Assembly: GCA_964016885.1 (NCBI GenBank)
Contig: OZ024740.1
Coordinates: forward strand, 371,876,001 to 371,940,000
Direction of reading: 5' to 3'
Source: Eledone cirrhosa
Taxonomy: Eukaryota
Length of the DNA: 64,000 nt
The position numbers were made by a program, and so were the translations under genes. Shown here piece by piece: positions 1 to 14,493 of this stretch. How positions within the stretch are numbered: the first letter of the stretch is position 1; each line of letters begins with the position of its first letter. The notes beneath the pieces are model-generated. The model saw nothing but the letters and a program-made list of their open reading frames with translations, was not told where the DNA came from and ran no database searches.

Positions 1-2460
1 TACTTTTCATTACATACACGACTGTATACTTATCGCTATTTTTTAAAGGTATTTTCAATATGATTATTGATAAGAAGCTTCTTAATTTTAGAGTTTTTGC
101 AATATATTACTGTTGATTTATAGACAGTGCAGTGCATGTTATATTCCGTTTTGCGAAGGGTTTGATAATGTGTTCATATATTCTTCAGTTAGGATATATT
201 TGTTTAATGTAATATATTTTATGAGTTGTGTGTGCATTTTTAACTGGCTTGGTGTCCGACCCTCTACCGATACTGTTATAATGTGTTTATACTTGTATAG
301 ACTGCTTGTTAAAATACCAAGAATTGATTAAACTTTATTCATTTTTACCGAATTCTTCATGAAGGGCTTCGTTTGTGAAGGGGAATCTAAATACTCTTCA
401 AAGGACAAATTTTACTACTGACATTTTCTAACCGTGCGGACCTTTACAGTCGTTGTGTATGCACACATGTGTGGCTTTTCTGTAAACGAATCTTACGCAT
501 TGATTGTTTTCTGTCTGAATACTTATGTCTAAAAATATATTATTAAGTGATATTTTCCATTTTAATACAGAATTGGTTTCTTGGCCTTCCCGACGTTTTC
601 CAATATGTCCATTGCAACGAGAATATTGATAAAATACTTGGTGTATACTGCATGTTTATGTCTTGCTACCATTTTATTTTCTAATGTTATAAAATATTGC
701 AAACATAGACCCTTGACTATTCCATCTTATGCTCATATTATTTCCTTTGCGGATAGAAAAAGGGCATTTTTTTGTACAATACACTAATAAGGATTAGAAT
801 ATGTTAGCTAATATAAGAGGTAGATTTATACATAGAAAGTTTTATATGTCATATAATGTATCTTTTCTGCTAATGGAACTTTGGTGAACAGGCTTTTTAT
901 ATCTTAGTCGGAGATGCTGCCTAGTTCTTTCGATTGTATTCATATGAGCTTGGACTGTATTTCATCGGTGTGTAGTTTGCTAAAACAACACACCCATAAA
1001 TTGATTTAAAAACCTGTGTTAGTGTATTTATCTAAGATATTGGTCGGAATGGTTTGTTTTGTTTCTGTATTTTTAATATTCCGTAAACATTTGCTGCGTG
1101 AATACTATAATTGTTTCTATTTTTAGCACAAGGGCAGTAATTATCTCAGTGCGTTACTGGTACTTTATTTTATCAACCCCGTAAGGATGAAAGGCAAAGT
1201 TAACCTCGGCGGGTTTTGAACTCAGACCATAAAGGGGTGTAACTCTATGATGCAAAGCATGGCGTCCGACCCTCTACCGATACTGTCAATTCACTACCCT
1301 ATAATTGTTTCTACATTTGGTACAAGGTCAGCAATTATCCCAATGTATTACTGGTACTTTATTTTATCGACCCCGTAAGGATGAAAGGCAAAGTTAACCT
1401 CGGCGGGATTTGAACTCAGACCGTAAAGGGACGTAACTATGCTGGAAAGCATGGCGTCCGACTCTCTACCACCCTATAATGCAGAGAAATAAGGCATCTT
1501 AATTTTGAATTTATAACTGTAGTTATTTTATTCAGTTTGAATCTAAAGTTGAATTATATTTCTGAATTCGTATGAATTTGTTTTGAGTTGAGCACATTGT
1601 TCATATTTGCAATAGATTCTTTATTTTCTATTAGGAATGTATTAGTTGCTACTTTTACATATTTCGATTTTGTCCTCTTTAATATAGAACGTCTTTGGTG
1701 ACTATTCGTTTATTTTTGTGTTGACATCTATTTTCAATACATACATCTTGTAATGCGCATTGAAGATTATCCTCTCTGCCTATAACGTTTTTATCTCTAA
1801 AACTTTATATCTTACTTCAGAGTAATTTCATAAAAACGTTTTTCTGCTTCAGTCATACTGCGGTTTTAAGCAGAAATTGTTATCGAGGTTGAGGAGCGTT
1901 GTTTTACTTTTGTTGATTGTTTGTTGGGAGATTTATGTTCCTGTCTAAGTATAGAGACTGTTTTCAATGTCGAGTTTACTTACTTTATATTGCTACGTCT
2001 AATTCATCGTGAGATGCCTGTATATTATCAGGACCTGAGTATTTATTGTTTAATAGATGACTCCTACTTACTGATTTATTGATATATTTCTTTAAATGTA
2101 GATGCTCTGCTTTTATATTTTCTATATCATAAGTCTGATAAATTACTTCTAGAATTATGTGGTATATTTCCATTTTTCCTGTTTTATCTTGCAGTATTAT
2201 ATTTGTATATATGGGAAATTCTATTTTTTTATACTTTTGTTTTAAATATATGACTTTGTTCTAGCTTTATTACTATTATCAAGGTTTCTTCGCATTTTCT
2301 GTGAGATCCTTAGAGTTTGTTTGAATAACATTTCTAGACCTTTATATAAAGTTATGTTGATGTGTGTTGCTGGCCTTCTGCAGAATGCCATGCCAGTGGG
2401 ATAATTGTAGAAATTACCACCAGAATTTGAGTTGTGTCTGTTATATTTATACGCTCCCAT
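1..2460 (-). mobile_element. Highly degenerate Penelope-like retroelement (RT relics), interrupted by SINEs
   Basis: Minus-strand translation of 874-903 gives DIKSLFTKVP (PLE RT motif DxxSLFTxVP) and 524-538 gives IFLDI, in the expected order. Many stops; outer limits are a guess. Confidence 0.5.
1108..1476 (-). mobile_element. Two tandem copies of tRNA-derived SINE family 1
   Basis: Reverse complement of the element seen at 57620 and 62536: box A-like TGGCAGTATCGG, box B GAGTTCAAATCCC, core GCCTTTCATCCTTACGGGGTCGATAAAATAAAGTACCAG. CTATAAT occurs at all three junctions. Confidence 0.9.
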
Positions 2461-4312
2461 TTATTTATATTTATTTTTGAGTAGTGTTTATTGTCTGCGT
2501 ATTTATTTTTGTATTGTTCTGTGCTACAATATCAATCAAATACTGGGGTCGATATAATTGACTTTTTCCCTCGCCACAAATTGTTGGTCTTTTGCCTATA
2601 TTAGAAATCACGGTTAGTCATCTATTTGTGTGTGAAACTTTGTGAAATATAGATGATGTGTTGTCCACTAATATGCTCCGCTTTAGTTTTGTTTAATGAT
2701 GTATGGTATAGTACCATAAATTGTTTCTACTAATTATAGCACGGTGCCCCGGCGAGAAAGGGTCACACTTGCATAGACAATACGACAGTCGGAAGAATGA
2801 GGTTTACAATGTTCACAATTGAATTTATAAAATGTATGGGGTATCAGTAGTTTGTTCACTAACTTTAATGCCTTTGAAACATACCATTAATATGAATTTA
2901 TGGTTTGGCGCAATGCGTTTCGTGTTCTGGGTTTTGAAAGTGGGTTCGTCTCTCTTATAGTTAGCTTGCATTAGTTTAATGATATACATTTTAGTTAGCT
3001 TGCATTAGTTTAATGATATACATTTTATTAGATAAAAAATCCTTAGAAGAGAGGTAGCAATGTAAGAAGACAGACGGTACAGACGTTGCTCACTACCTTT
3101 TTCAATTTGAAAGAAGATTTACTAGGTAACCTTCTTAATTATGATTGAAAAGATAGGTCGATTACATCTGCAGTAAAAAATAAAAAAAAATTCCTCACAC
3201 GAAATTTGTTTAGATTTCGAATAGCAAAAGACTGAACCTTAAACACCAGCAAAACTGAACATATTGACGGCACATTTGTCTATCGTTGTGAGCAAACTAC
3301 TGAGAATATATGTTCCATATATAAACAACACACTGTCACTGGCTTGAATATTTAATGGGACAACAAAAGGAACTCTGTTATTGCAAAATCTGCCAAACTA
3401 AATGTCCTAATAACACATCCCGTATGTGTAATAAGGAATGCGTCACAAATATTCCAGTCTCATGAACAGCGAAAGGATATACAGCAATTTATCTTCTAAA
3501 TGCTGTCATCGCATTACACATAAAAGTATAGGATCGCAGTATATGAAGGAGCAAAAGAAACATTTGGAAATATTTTATAAATGGATGCAGATAGAATATA
3601 TTATCCATATTATTAAGTGGTAAGGAATCAATAGGTTTAATGGCATAATATCTGTATATTCTACGCCCAATTGAGAAATAGTTAATATATTTAGGAAAGC
3701 ACTCAGAGAAATTGAGCTTAAGCTGCGAAAAAAAAAAAAAATGAACCTATCCTTTTCTAAAAAAAAAACAGGTAGATCTATCGGATCTGTAAATCCTGCT
3801 CCTTTTTATACCAGTAAATAGAATAGTGATTGGCATGCCATAAAGCCACATATTAACTGCAAAAAAATCAACAGAATATTCTGTATAAGATGTTAAAGGG
3901 CATCATGTGTATGTCTCCATGAAAGTTATATATACAACACAGATCGAAATATAGGTGAGAGTTTTGATGCGCAATGGAAGAACTGTACTGAAAATAAACG
4001 ATATTGGTATTTTTACCAACATTCACAAGATAAATACGATATTTCAATCAATAGATTCTGTGTGGACTTCATGTCATCAAATCCATATCATATAATGTTA
4101 AAAACAACAAAGAAGGTATGCTATAACGCACCAGATCTAGCTGTTGAAACGGCCGGAGCTCAGCCATCAGGATCCTGACTCTTTTCATATTAATCGTAAA
4201 AACATCTAAATGTGAATCCGTAATAAACAATAGTTTTGAAGTCCAAAGGGGTTAACACCAATGCTTATAATCAAGACGTGTATATATTCACCTGTCCGCA
4301 TAGGACAGTTTT

Positions 4313-4445
<133 letters not shown>

Positions 4446-4859
4446 TACACACTCACAAGAATGCGAAAAGCCAACAAGGAAAAAATGACATCGGCGGAAC
4501 AATAAGTACAACAATGATATACATTAATTTAACACTTCACATATTAAGAAAAAAGATCACTGCATAACCATTTCTCATCCCTTCGATTCAACGCTTGGTC
4601 TTGATCAACGTTTTCTCATTAGTGTAAAACTAATCTATTCCAGCTTTATCAACAAACTCTTTGCAAGGATCAGACGGTTATCTTTTGCATCGCATACGAT
4701 TGTATCGAAGGTCCCCATGCACAATTCTTCTGATAGTGTTCTTTGAAACCTTGAGCTCATTAGCAATGGCACTAATCTACTTTCTGGGTTCTTATCGATA
4801 ATGTTCTGCACCTTTCGTACATAATTGCGTATTCTAATGGTATTAAAACCCCCAGCAGA

Positions 4860-7170
4860 CGCTTTGCGTTTGGTTACTTCTGGAGAAACCCCACCAGCGG
4901 TTTCAGCTCTTTGCAGGCTGTCAGGATGTGTTGTGGATTCAGTGCCATTAGGAGGGAGGATTTGCTTTCCGAAGCTTCAGTTGAAAGACAGGTCTCTGTG
5001 GTTGGTGCAAGTTTATGCAGCAAACAAAAATTCTGAATACAAATCCTCCCTTCATGAAGTCACTGTAGCGCTATATATAGTTAAGACTGAGTCATATAGC
5101 CTAGTGAGAGTCATCAATGAACATGTTTGCAATGGCCACATGGCATGGAAAGCAATGATTGGAAGGAACCGCGATCCCAACCTAAACACGAATGGAGAGT
5201 CCTTATTAGACTTCTGTTCTAGTAATGGATTCTCTATTATGAACACCTTCTTTCAGCATAGATACATCCATAAATATACATAGTATAAGGGTAATCAGGG
5301 ACAGAAATCAAGTATTGATTTTCTTTATTGTCTCTGATCCCTTCGATTCTGTGCTAGATATTCGGGTTAAAAGAGGGGCTGAGCTTTCAACTGACCACCT
5401 TCTAGTTATCTGCAGCTGGAGACTACCTAAATCCAAAGAAACCTACAAAACCGGCTGGTTCAAGTAGACCTACAGGATAAAATGGGCAGTGTTGGCGGAT
5501 ACGAAATCAAGACAAGTAATGCGGATAATATTGCATCCAAATTCAGAGAAATCCCATAGCAAACTGAAGACTTTGAAACGGTGTGGAAACTGTTAACCTT
5601 GGCAGTTGTTGCTTCAGCCGTAAAACACTGCGGGCAAAAGCGGCTTGGTGTGGTGAATGGTGGTAGGAGGACCCCTTAGTTTAATCGAGACGTCAAGAAT
5701 TCTATCCGAGCAAAGAAAGAGGCCTACAAATCTTGGTTTGGAAATACGTCCTCCTTCTTGCACTTGCAGTAAAGGCAGGCGCGAAGAGTCGTAACAGAGA
5801 TACTAAAGGCGTCCAAAGTTAAGACATGGGAGGACTTTGGTGCTAAGCTGGAATCCAATTTCAGATAATCAAAGAATGTGTTCTGGCAGACCATCACCCG
5901 GCTTTGTAATATCAGGAATGCGTCTGTGGTTCTCCTGTCTTTAGAGATGTGCATTCTCGCTAGGTGGAGAGAATACTTTGCTGATGTCCTAAACACGGTT
6001 ACAACAGTATCTTCTGATGTACATGAAGTGCATCTGGGAGAGATGATTAATCTCTCTGAGGCTGAGGTCAGAAAAGCTATTAAAGAGCTCAATAGTGGCA
6101 AGGCCACTGGGAAAAATGAAATTCGCCCCGAGATGTTAAAAACCTTAAATAGATAAAATGATCTGGTTAACTCAAGTGGCCTGGATCTTTGGAAAGGCAG
6201 CTAAGCAATGGCAAACGGGAGTGATAATCGCAATTTTCAAAAAGGGAGTCCAGAGAGCTTTTCCAAGTGCCACGAGACATGCCGTAGAATGTTCTGCAGA
6301 AGTATGGGATAAATGGACAGTTTCTTGTTGCCCAGATGTCTCTATAGGAATGCCCTAGTATTTGTATTTGAATAAATGGTGTTAAATCGAAACCATTCAA
6401 TGTTGGAGTCGGACTCTGCTAAGGGTGCATACTGTCATCCCCCCTTTTCATAATCTCCATGAACAGGATGGATATGTCCAGCCTGATTGGAAGTGGTGTC
6501 ACGACAGGTGGTGTAGGATAAGTCGGCTGGAATTTGCAGACGACATCGTATTCTTGACTCGTCAGAAGGTAATCTCGGACGGGCACGTGATATGTTTGAT
6601 GTCGACTGTTGCAAGGCTGGAATGACTGGAATGCCGAGTGCTGCAGACTGTCACACTCGTCTTCTCAAGGAAGTCTGTGCAGTACACTATACGTCTTTAA
6701 TTCAGTATTCATGGTAACCCTTACCTATGGTCATTAATTTTGGATAATGACCGAAAGAATATGATCCCAAATACAACCGGCCGAAATGAGGTTCCTCCGA
6801 AGGATCTTTGGGGTAGCGTTACTCTAGAAAGTGCGTAGCTCGGAGATCACAGAGTCACTAGCTGCTACGTCTCCGAATTGAGAGATCACAGCTCTGATTT
6901 GACGGGCATGTGGTTAGAATTTCCCAGGAAAGCATAACTGGACAGAGTTTACGGGCAAAGCCAACCGACTTGAGACCCAGTGGTAGCCAACGCGCAAGAT
7001 AGTTGGATAACAACCACGAGGTTCTCTGTTTTCGCTTGAGGATCCAGTCGGATCAAAGGGTTGCTTCTGCTGGCCGGAGTGTTTGATGAGTCTGACCTCA
7101 TGACCCTCTCAGGAAGAAGAAGAAGAAGAAGACGAAGACGAAGACGAAGACGAAGACGAAGACGAAGAAG
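4860..7170 (+). mobile_element. Degenerate RTE-clade LINE (APE endonuclease + RT) with (GAA)/(GAAGAC) tail
   Basis: Fragments LVQVYAAN, LLDFCSSNGFSIMNTFFQH, STDHLLV, KATGKNEIRPEMLK, WQTGVIIAIFKKG and LEFADDIV. Many stops and frameshifts. Simple-repeat tail at 7112-7170. Confidence 0.85.
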
Positions 7171-8966
7171 ATCGGATAAAGTACCACTAATGATCGATTA
7201 TTACAACGTCGGATAGAATGCTTTGCAATATTCTTTCCGGCATTATACTGTGAGCTTAAATCCGACGGAGATTAACTTTTGAATTTCATCGTTTCTAGGT
7301 CGACACATAAAGGACCAGGTCAGTAATGAGGTCAATTTTTTTCTTTCTTTCTTGCTTTTACATTCTCTCACTTTCTCCTTGTAATAAATCAGCTATATTC
7401 AAGTCTGGAAAATGATGGGCTCCGCAGGTTTAATTTTCCCGAGTTACACTACTATGTTGGCGCCCCGACGACTCCATCAAGAGTTCAGAGATGGATAACA
7501 CGAGGTCAGGAAAATTTTATTGCAAATATAAATATAAAAGTAGAGATGAATATTAAATTGTATTTTTCTTCTTATAATGTAATATTAACGAAGGCAAACA
7601 TTGACATTTATAGATATAGAATCTAGGGTAACTAATATGATTGTATATGTGTAGGAGACAGCACCGTTTTGTTATAAGCATTCGTACACTATTTATAAGG
7701 ATGTGTACATGTTTATTATACGCATGTATGTGTCAAAAATTGATTTATACAAGGCTTATAAGATTCCGTCTAAAATGTACTATTATCAACAAAAAGTCTC
7801 CGCTAACTTGTTTTATTCAGAGCCTGTTGGTTGGAATTGAATTTATCTGGGTGACGACAAAAATACTCTACTTCAGTCTGAAGTGCATGCTAATACTATA
7901 CACTTCAAATAGTTTTGGTTACTTCTAATTCTTGCATAGGAGGAAACATGCATAAAAAAAAATAAAAAAATGATTACTAATATCTGTTTAATTTTTAAAA
8001 GGAGCTTTCGTATATTGTCGCTAGCCAAGCATTTCCTAAATTCAATTTTGCGGAAGAAAATACATCAACAAAAAAGCCGCGTCTAAATAAAACAAAAACA
8101 ATATAATAACAATATAATAACGTTTTATAATAATTTAGCAGTTTGCGGCACTGCTCCCATTAAGAATATCAACATCATCTCCATCAGTACTGCTATCAAC
8201 AACAGCATCTGTAAATAACTGCATCATCTGGAGTCTTGTGTTTTCTTTTATTTTATATAAAGAATTTGTGTTTTCACATCTTTATCCTTTGAAGCAATTT
8301 AATATCAGTAAATTCAACCTACTCAATTTCAATATTCATATCTATGTAGTCTCAACGAATTTATTTCATCTTGTATTGTGTCATGTTGCGTGAACATTGT
8401 ATATATAAAACAGTTTTATTGGATGTTTGTTTTCGTATTACTCATTACATATTGTATTTTTCTGTTTCTATTGCGGCATCCTTAAATCTATCGGTGCCAT
8501 GAGTTTTATCAAGATATATTTTAAATGAAAATAATAAAGCAATAAGGTTTCGAATGATAGGAAGAGAATGGTTTCATTTAATATATCCTTCTGTGGGCGT
8601 ATCTATAATCGTAGTTTATTCTCATTTCAGGGAGTAATTAAATAGTATATATTTAAGTTCTGTCAAGTTTTAGAGCTTAACTTTATTTAATATTATGTTA
8701 AAAAGCCTAACATATTCCTGTTATTTATTTTTCTTTGCTTAGTGAATAAAAGAATAAATCATTGGAATATCGCGTGAAAGAAATATTCAAGCATCCAATC
8801 TCTCATTGGATACACATGTAGGTAGACATAGGAAAACAAAAGGAGATAAAACCTTCGATACATATTATTTTATAAATTGAATTTAGCAAAAATATGAAGG
8901 ATAATCTAGAAATATTTTCAAACAATTGAAAAATTAATTCAAGTAGTATTAGTATTATCATTATTA

Positions 8967-9165
8967 TGGCGATGGATTAGCAGTATCGGTAGAGTGTTGC
9001 ACAATATGCCCTTTAAATTCTGAATTCAAATCTCTCCAAGGTTATGTTTGTCTTTTATCTTTACGGGGTCGAAAAATGAAATACGAGTAAAGAACAGGTA
9101 TCGATGTACTCGACTTTCTCCTCGTTTAATTGCTGACTTTGTGCCACAATTAGAAACAACTATTA
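8967..9165 (+). mobile_element. Old degenerate SINE family 1 copy
   Basis: GGATTAGCAGTATCGGTAGAG head, TTACGGGGTCGA core, TAGAAACAAC end. Confidence 0.7.
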
Positions 9166-11428
9166 CGAGTAGTGTTTTAATTGCAGGTCCGCTGTTACCA
9201 AGTAAGCTTCTCTTATTTTTAGGAATAGTGTATCTCAGTCGATTTTATTCCCTTTTCTATTTCAATGCGATAGGCTATTCGGATTTGAAGCTGTGCATGC
9301 TAACTAACGATCAAGTAGGCACTCTCTTGAAGGCACGAAGTTAGGTAAATTTTTTACCGACTCGAATGTATGAGATTTATCAGCGTTTGAAAGATACTGA
9401 ATAAAACATAAAATACTTTCTATATACAAAACAACACGTCACCATCTAAAGTTTAGAGTTTTCACTGAATTGATTTTACCGATACATCGTACAAATATTC
9501 CTCTCAATGTATACTTCATTATATTTGATTACCTACGGCTGAGGGTCAAACGCATTAGCAGCTCAGTCAGCTGTAATTCCCAATTAGTTAATTAGTTTGA
9601 ACAAATGAAGAATTTATTCAATACAAAGTAACGTAAATGAATGCCGTCAGCTATTATTCGCCATTCAAGTAAATTCATAAGCAATACTAAGTTTTCATGA
9701 ATAAATTTGATACTAAATTTCAAGAACATCATCAATTTAAGATTTATAAGATGACTTGCGCAGAGTGGACAAGTTGTTACATCATCTTTAAAGCTCATTA
9801 GTTACATTGGCATACATTACATAGATTATATGATGGGAAGTATAATCTTTCGAAAAGATCCTAGTATGTTAAAAATACTTATTTTACTAACTGATTGGGA
9901 AGAAAGAGATGAAGGCAGCGTTTCTCCTGACCAGAGGTTTAGTTAGAACGTTTGTAGACGAAATTACATATTGTTAAATGCATATAGTACAGATAAATAC
10001 CGTTTCCTCTATATCACCGTCTTTCTTCTTATCACTCATTGTGCAATTCTTCCCACCTGGTCACGCACCAAGCACTATACTCAATCCTTCTGGAATTTCC
10101 TATAGTCATTGATTGATTTACAGATGTTCAATTTGAAGAGCAACTCCATCGGCCTCATCGGTCTTGGAAAACATGCAAAGTCCACGAACTCAGTTCCTTC
10201 TGGATGATTAAAACATAAAAAAAAGATATGTATTTTATCGATTCTAGTCGGCTTGGTAGAAGTAGTCTAACCTGCCAGACTTAGTCTTGTCGAGGGAATT
10301 CATACTGGTGATCTATTCTTTTTGCTATTACACCAAAGTTGTTGTTTGGTCGCAGGTAAAGCAGAAGAAATATATCTATGGAATTCAAGCTGGGACCATT
10401 CCGTCATTTTACATATGCAGTGCATCCAGGATCACTTTAATGAATGTGTACTTTTCCAAAACTGTATGATGTAATGTGGCTGTTATTTCTCAGGTCAAAC
10501 ATCAACGTAGATATCCAATCTTTGGCTCGTATATATAACATACGTATACTCTCTTACTCTTTTACCCGTTCTAGCCGACTGGTTGAGGCCATGCTGGGGC
10601 ACCGCCAATGTATACACATTTCTCATGAATTTGGAAGGAAAAATGGTATTTCATCTCATCATGCCTTTCCAATGTATAATTTTATTGAAGGAACATAAAT
10701 GAACACGAACTCATGGTAGAAATGTTATTAGATGCTATTACATGTTATTACAGGCTATCATTAATTTCATCAATATTTCAAGGCAATTATGTAGCTCTAG
10801 GTCAGCCCTGATCGAGCAAATCTATGAGCAAAGATGTTCTAATTATAACCTTATAGTTTTAAGCAGACACTATATCAAAGACTATACTATCGAAGAAGTA
10901 CCTCATTCTTCAAGACAGCTGCTATTTCAGGCTAGTCAACCGACTGCGTAGAAGCTCCATTGTTAGTTCGTCGTACTCGGAAACAATTGTCTGATGTAAT
11001 CAAACACCACCATCCCTCTCCCACGCACGAGAAAGTCCTCAAAAGTCAACTAAAATTCAATGTCTGATATCAATTTCAAATCCAAATATTATTGATTAAT
11101 GCAATGTGAAATAGTGACACCTCCAATCTAAATATCAATATGTTTATCTGGAAGGCTTTGAAATTGAATCCTCTAACCTAACACACTTCGAAACGTGATT
11201 GATTAAATGCATCACCATGCCAATAATGTTAACGTTATAACTTGACACGGAAAGTCATCAGTACTTAGTTACCTGATAAGTATTAATGTACTACAGCTGT
11301 AAATATAAATACTACTACTCTGAACACGAAGTGATGCATCTCCCGGAACCCTCGAATGTCATGTTAGAAAGAAAAACATGAACAAAAACAACACTAATAA
11401 ATATTTGCACACATACGTCCAATTAAAT

Positions 11429-11429
<1 letters not shown>

Positions 11430-11468
<39 letters not shown>

Positions 11469-11552
11469 ATACACACACTCACTCACTCACTCACTCACTC
11501 ACTCACTCACTCACTCACTCACTCACTCACTCACTTACTCACTCACTCACTC
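11430..11552. repeat. (CA)n / (TCAC)n compound microsatellite
   Basis: Direct reading. Confidence 0.98.
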
Positions 11553-11811
11553 TAAATATATATTAGTACGAACCCACTATCTTACAGAAAGCGTGTTTTT
11601 CATGGTAAACAGGTGTATCCACATATGGAGAGGTGTATCTACATACAAAGAGGGAGAGGGAGAGAGAGGGAGGATAATGTGAGTATACCTTATATTATAC
11701 ATACATATACTAACTATGTAAAAACTATCTAGTTATAATAAACTAAATAAAAAAAATGTTTTTAACCCCCTCCACACAAGTTTAAAAGATAACAATTATA
11801 TAACCAATAAT

Positions 11812-11991
11812 TTCTACAATAGGCACAAGGCCAGCAATTATCTTTATCTCAGTGTATTACTGCTACTTTATTTTATCGACCTCCGTTAGGATGAAAGGAA
11901 AAGTTAACCTCGGCGGGATTTGAACTCAGAATGGCAAGGGCCGTAACTCTATGCGTCAAAGCATGGCGTCCGACACTGTACCGATATTGCA
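11812..11991 (-). mobile_element. SINE family 1 copy with TSD
   Basis: Near-full SINE sequence flanked by AACCAATAAT at 11802-11811 and 11992-12001. Confidence 0.9.
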
Positions 11992-12832
11992 AACCAATAA
12001 TATTTTATATTTTATATACTCTATATAGATTAATTTATAACACTACCACAATATTAAAACAACCCTTAATTTATCAACAACATTAATTACCTCCCTTTGT
12101 TATTAACCCCCTTTACAACTTCCTGTGTAAACTTATAAAATTAAACAACACAACGTTTCAACAACAGCTTAATAACGGTTAATACAAACCCTAGAAAAGA
12201 TAATTTGTAGATAAAAAATGCATAACTAAAATGGCCAGTAATTCGGCGTAATTTACATTTAACAAACAAACACCTATAAACGACTTACAATAATCCCATG
12301 GTTAATAGCTGTAAGTAACAAAGAACACATGCACATAAATACGAACTACAACACAAAAACACTTAAATGAAAATCACATACCCAACTCTATCAAGTGCTT
12401 TGCATTACACCTTACATAACAAATACCTACATTATCACCACATGCCTCTCTAACAAATTGCACACTATCTTAAACATTTATAACAATTATAACATGCTTT
12501 AACACCCCACACAAAATATGTTTATTTCAACTGCATTATAACTCTTCCCTCATACATGCCTTATTGACTGTATTGACTCCTGCATTGTACACCAATTGTC
12601 CTTGCTTATAACTGTTTTGTCTGTGTTTTTTTTTGCTTTTGATATTTTTTGCTTGTGCGTTTTACTTATACCCATTACACTTGCAACCAGTGCTGCCTGT
12701 AATTATGTTCTTTCAAGCAGAACATCTTTTTAACTCCTACTCTCCACATGATGCCTTTGACGCTAATAACAATTATGTACCCTAAATGTTCTAAATGACT
12801 AGGATTTAAGTTACATGTTTCAACATTCCTTA

Positions 12833-12879
12833 TGCTCCGATGATTCCAGACTTCCCTCTGGAAGAAACAATTATCAGCA
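12833..12879 (+). ncRNA. Type I minimal hammerhead ribozyme motif (mutated), PLE pLTR-like
   Basis: TGCT-CCGATGA-TTCCAGA-cttccc-TCTGGAA-GAAAC-AATT-ATC-AGCA: stem I and a perfect 7-bp stem II, two core substitutions. Followed by AATAAA and (TA)n. Confidence 0.7.
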
Positions 12880-12904
12880 AATAAATGTTCTAAACTAAAA
12901 TTTG

Positions 12905-12968
<64 letters not shown>

Positions 12969-12975
<7 letters not shown>

Positions 12976-13100
12976 CACAAACCCTCCATCTCAATTCTAC
13001 TTTTGAAAAGCAGAAGAACTGCGAAACCGGTAAAGGAACCAAATAAATATATATTTTAAAAAAAAAAGACACCAGTTGCATTTTCGATTTCATCTGTTTT

Positions 13101-13103
<3 letters not shown>
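12969..13103 (+). mobile_element. ~135-bp HHR-bearing mini-element between (TA)n tracts (copy 1)
   Basis: Near-identical reverse-complement copy at 18873-19007. Contains CTT-TTGAAAA-GCAG-aagaa-CTGC-GAAAC-CG-GTA-AAG (13000-13035), then AATAAA. Confidence 0.75.
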
Positions 13104-13140
<37 letters not shown>

Positions 13141-13208
13141 AAAAAATGAAATTTCATTTCTCACTCTTAGTACGGCTGATACTTAAATATAAGTATGTAT
13201 ACTTACAT

Positions 13209-13816
13209 GGTGGCTGCCAACTCGTTTTCGAGTACGGCCACTACTTTATATCCATGTAGGAGAACCCCTACCAATGCGCTGAACGAGTGTGACTTTTTAG
13301 TCCAGCCAGCGACTTGAAAACTCTGGTACAAACACTACACTTGTGACAATTATTGACACATAGTGCTGGGCCCATGGTACCATGTGACGACAAGTGCAGA
13401 GAGATCTCCAGATATAAAGCAATGCCTGTGCCGTGAAGCTTTTATAGTGAGCAAAGGCACTGCACAAAGCCAGTCCCACTCTCTTAACCAAGATGATATT
13501 TACCAAAAAGAAGAACAAGTCAACATCATTGGATACCATCAGAGTTGCAGGTGTTATATCAGAGTTTTCCTTCTCCTAGAATTCTGCCTTGACAAAGGCT
13601 AAGGGGTCATCTCTCCCGGTGATTTTGGATGGCCATTGACTCTTAAGAGCTCCTTTGCCCTTTGACAGGTTTTGTTTTTAGTCCTGCAGGATGTCCAAAG
13701 TCACCCTCCTCACCAAGAAACCTTGGTGGGGTTGCCAGTTTAGTCGCCAACGACCCGACCATGAGACAGGTTGTACTGGGATACATGTTACCAGTAGCAC
13801 CAACTAGTGACCTGAC
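13209..13816 (-). mobile_element. 608-bp non-autonomous retroelement, probably RTE-derived (copy 1)
   Basis: 13-bp TSD TGTATACTTACAT at 13196-13208 and 13817-13829. Near-identical copy with the same ends at 37112-37717. Orientation inferred from an RTE-5'UTR-like stretch (CTAGGAGAAGGAAAACTCTGA). Confidence 0.8.
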
Positions 13817-14018
13817 TGTATACTTACATACATATATGTATACAGACGTACAGTAGTATGTATATACATACATACATGCACACATATATATATGTACGTA
13901 TGGGTTTACCGAACATTTATTATAATGCCTGCTTTGTTTTTAAACAAACAGCCCGAATTATTAGCCGTACAGTGTTCGGCAACCATCGCTGCACTATTTG
14001 TTCAACACTGACAAACGA

Positions 14019-14061
14019 ACGATGAACTAGTTTCTAGCTTATTAGCTGTCATCAGCACCGT
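14019..14061 (-). ncRNA. Type I hammerhead ribozyme motif
   Basis: Minus strand: ACGGTG-CTGATGA-cAGCT-aata-AGCTa-GAAAC-TA-GTT-CATCGT. Stem III palindrome ACTAGT. Confidence 0.8.
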
Positions 14062-14493
14062 ATACTTTCCTGTCAGTCAATTGAACGTTTGAAAGTACTT
14101 TCCTTATGCATATTAACGGCTGAGCAGCCTAATTTGCATATCAAGTGAGTTAGTCGGCCGGGCGTACCGAAAACGATATATGGAAAAAATGAAATTTCAT
14201 TTCTCACTCTTGGTATGGCTGATACTTATACGTACATATATATATGTGTGCATGTATGTATGTATATACATACTACTGTACATCTGTATACATATATGTA
14301 TGTACGTATATATACTTATATTTAAGTATCAGCCTTACTAAGAGTGAGAAATGAAATTTCATTTTTTCCATTTATCGTTTTCGGGTCGCCCGGCCGACTA
14401 ACTCACTCAATATGCAAATTAGGCTCCTCAGCCGTTAATATGCATAAGGAAAGTATATACTTTCAAACGTTCAATTGACTGACAGGAAGGTAT

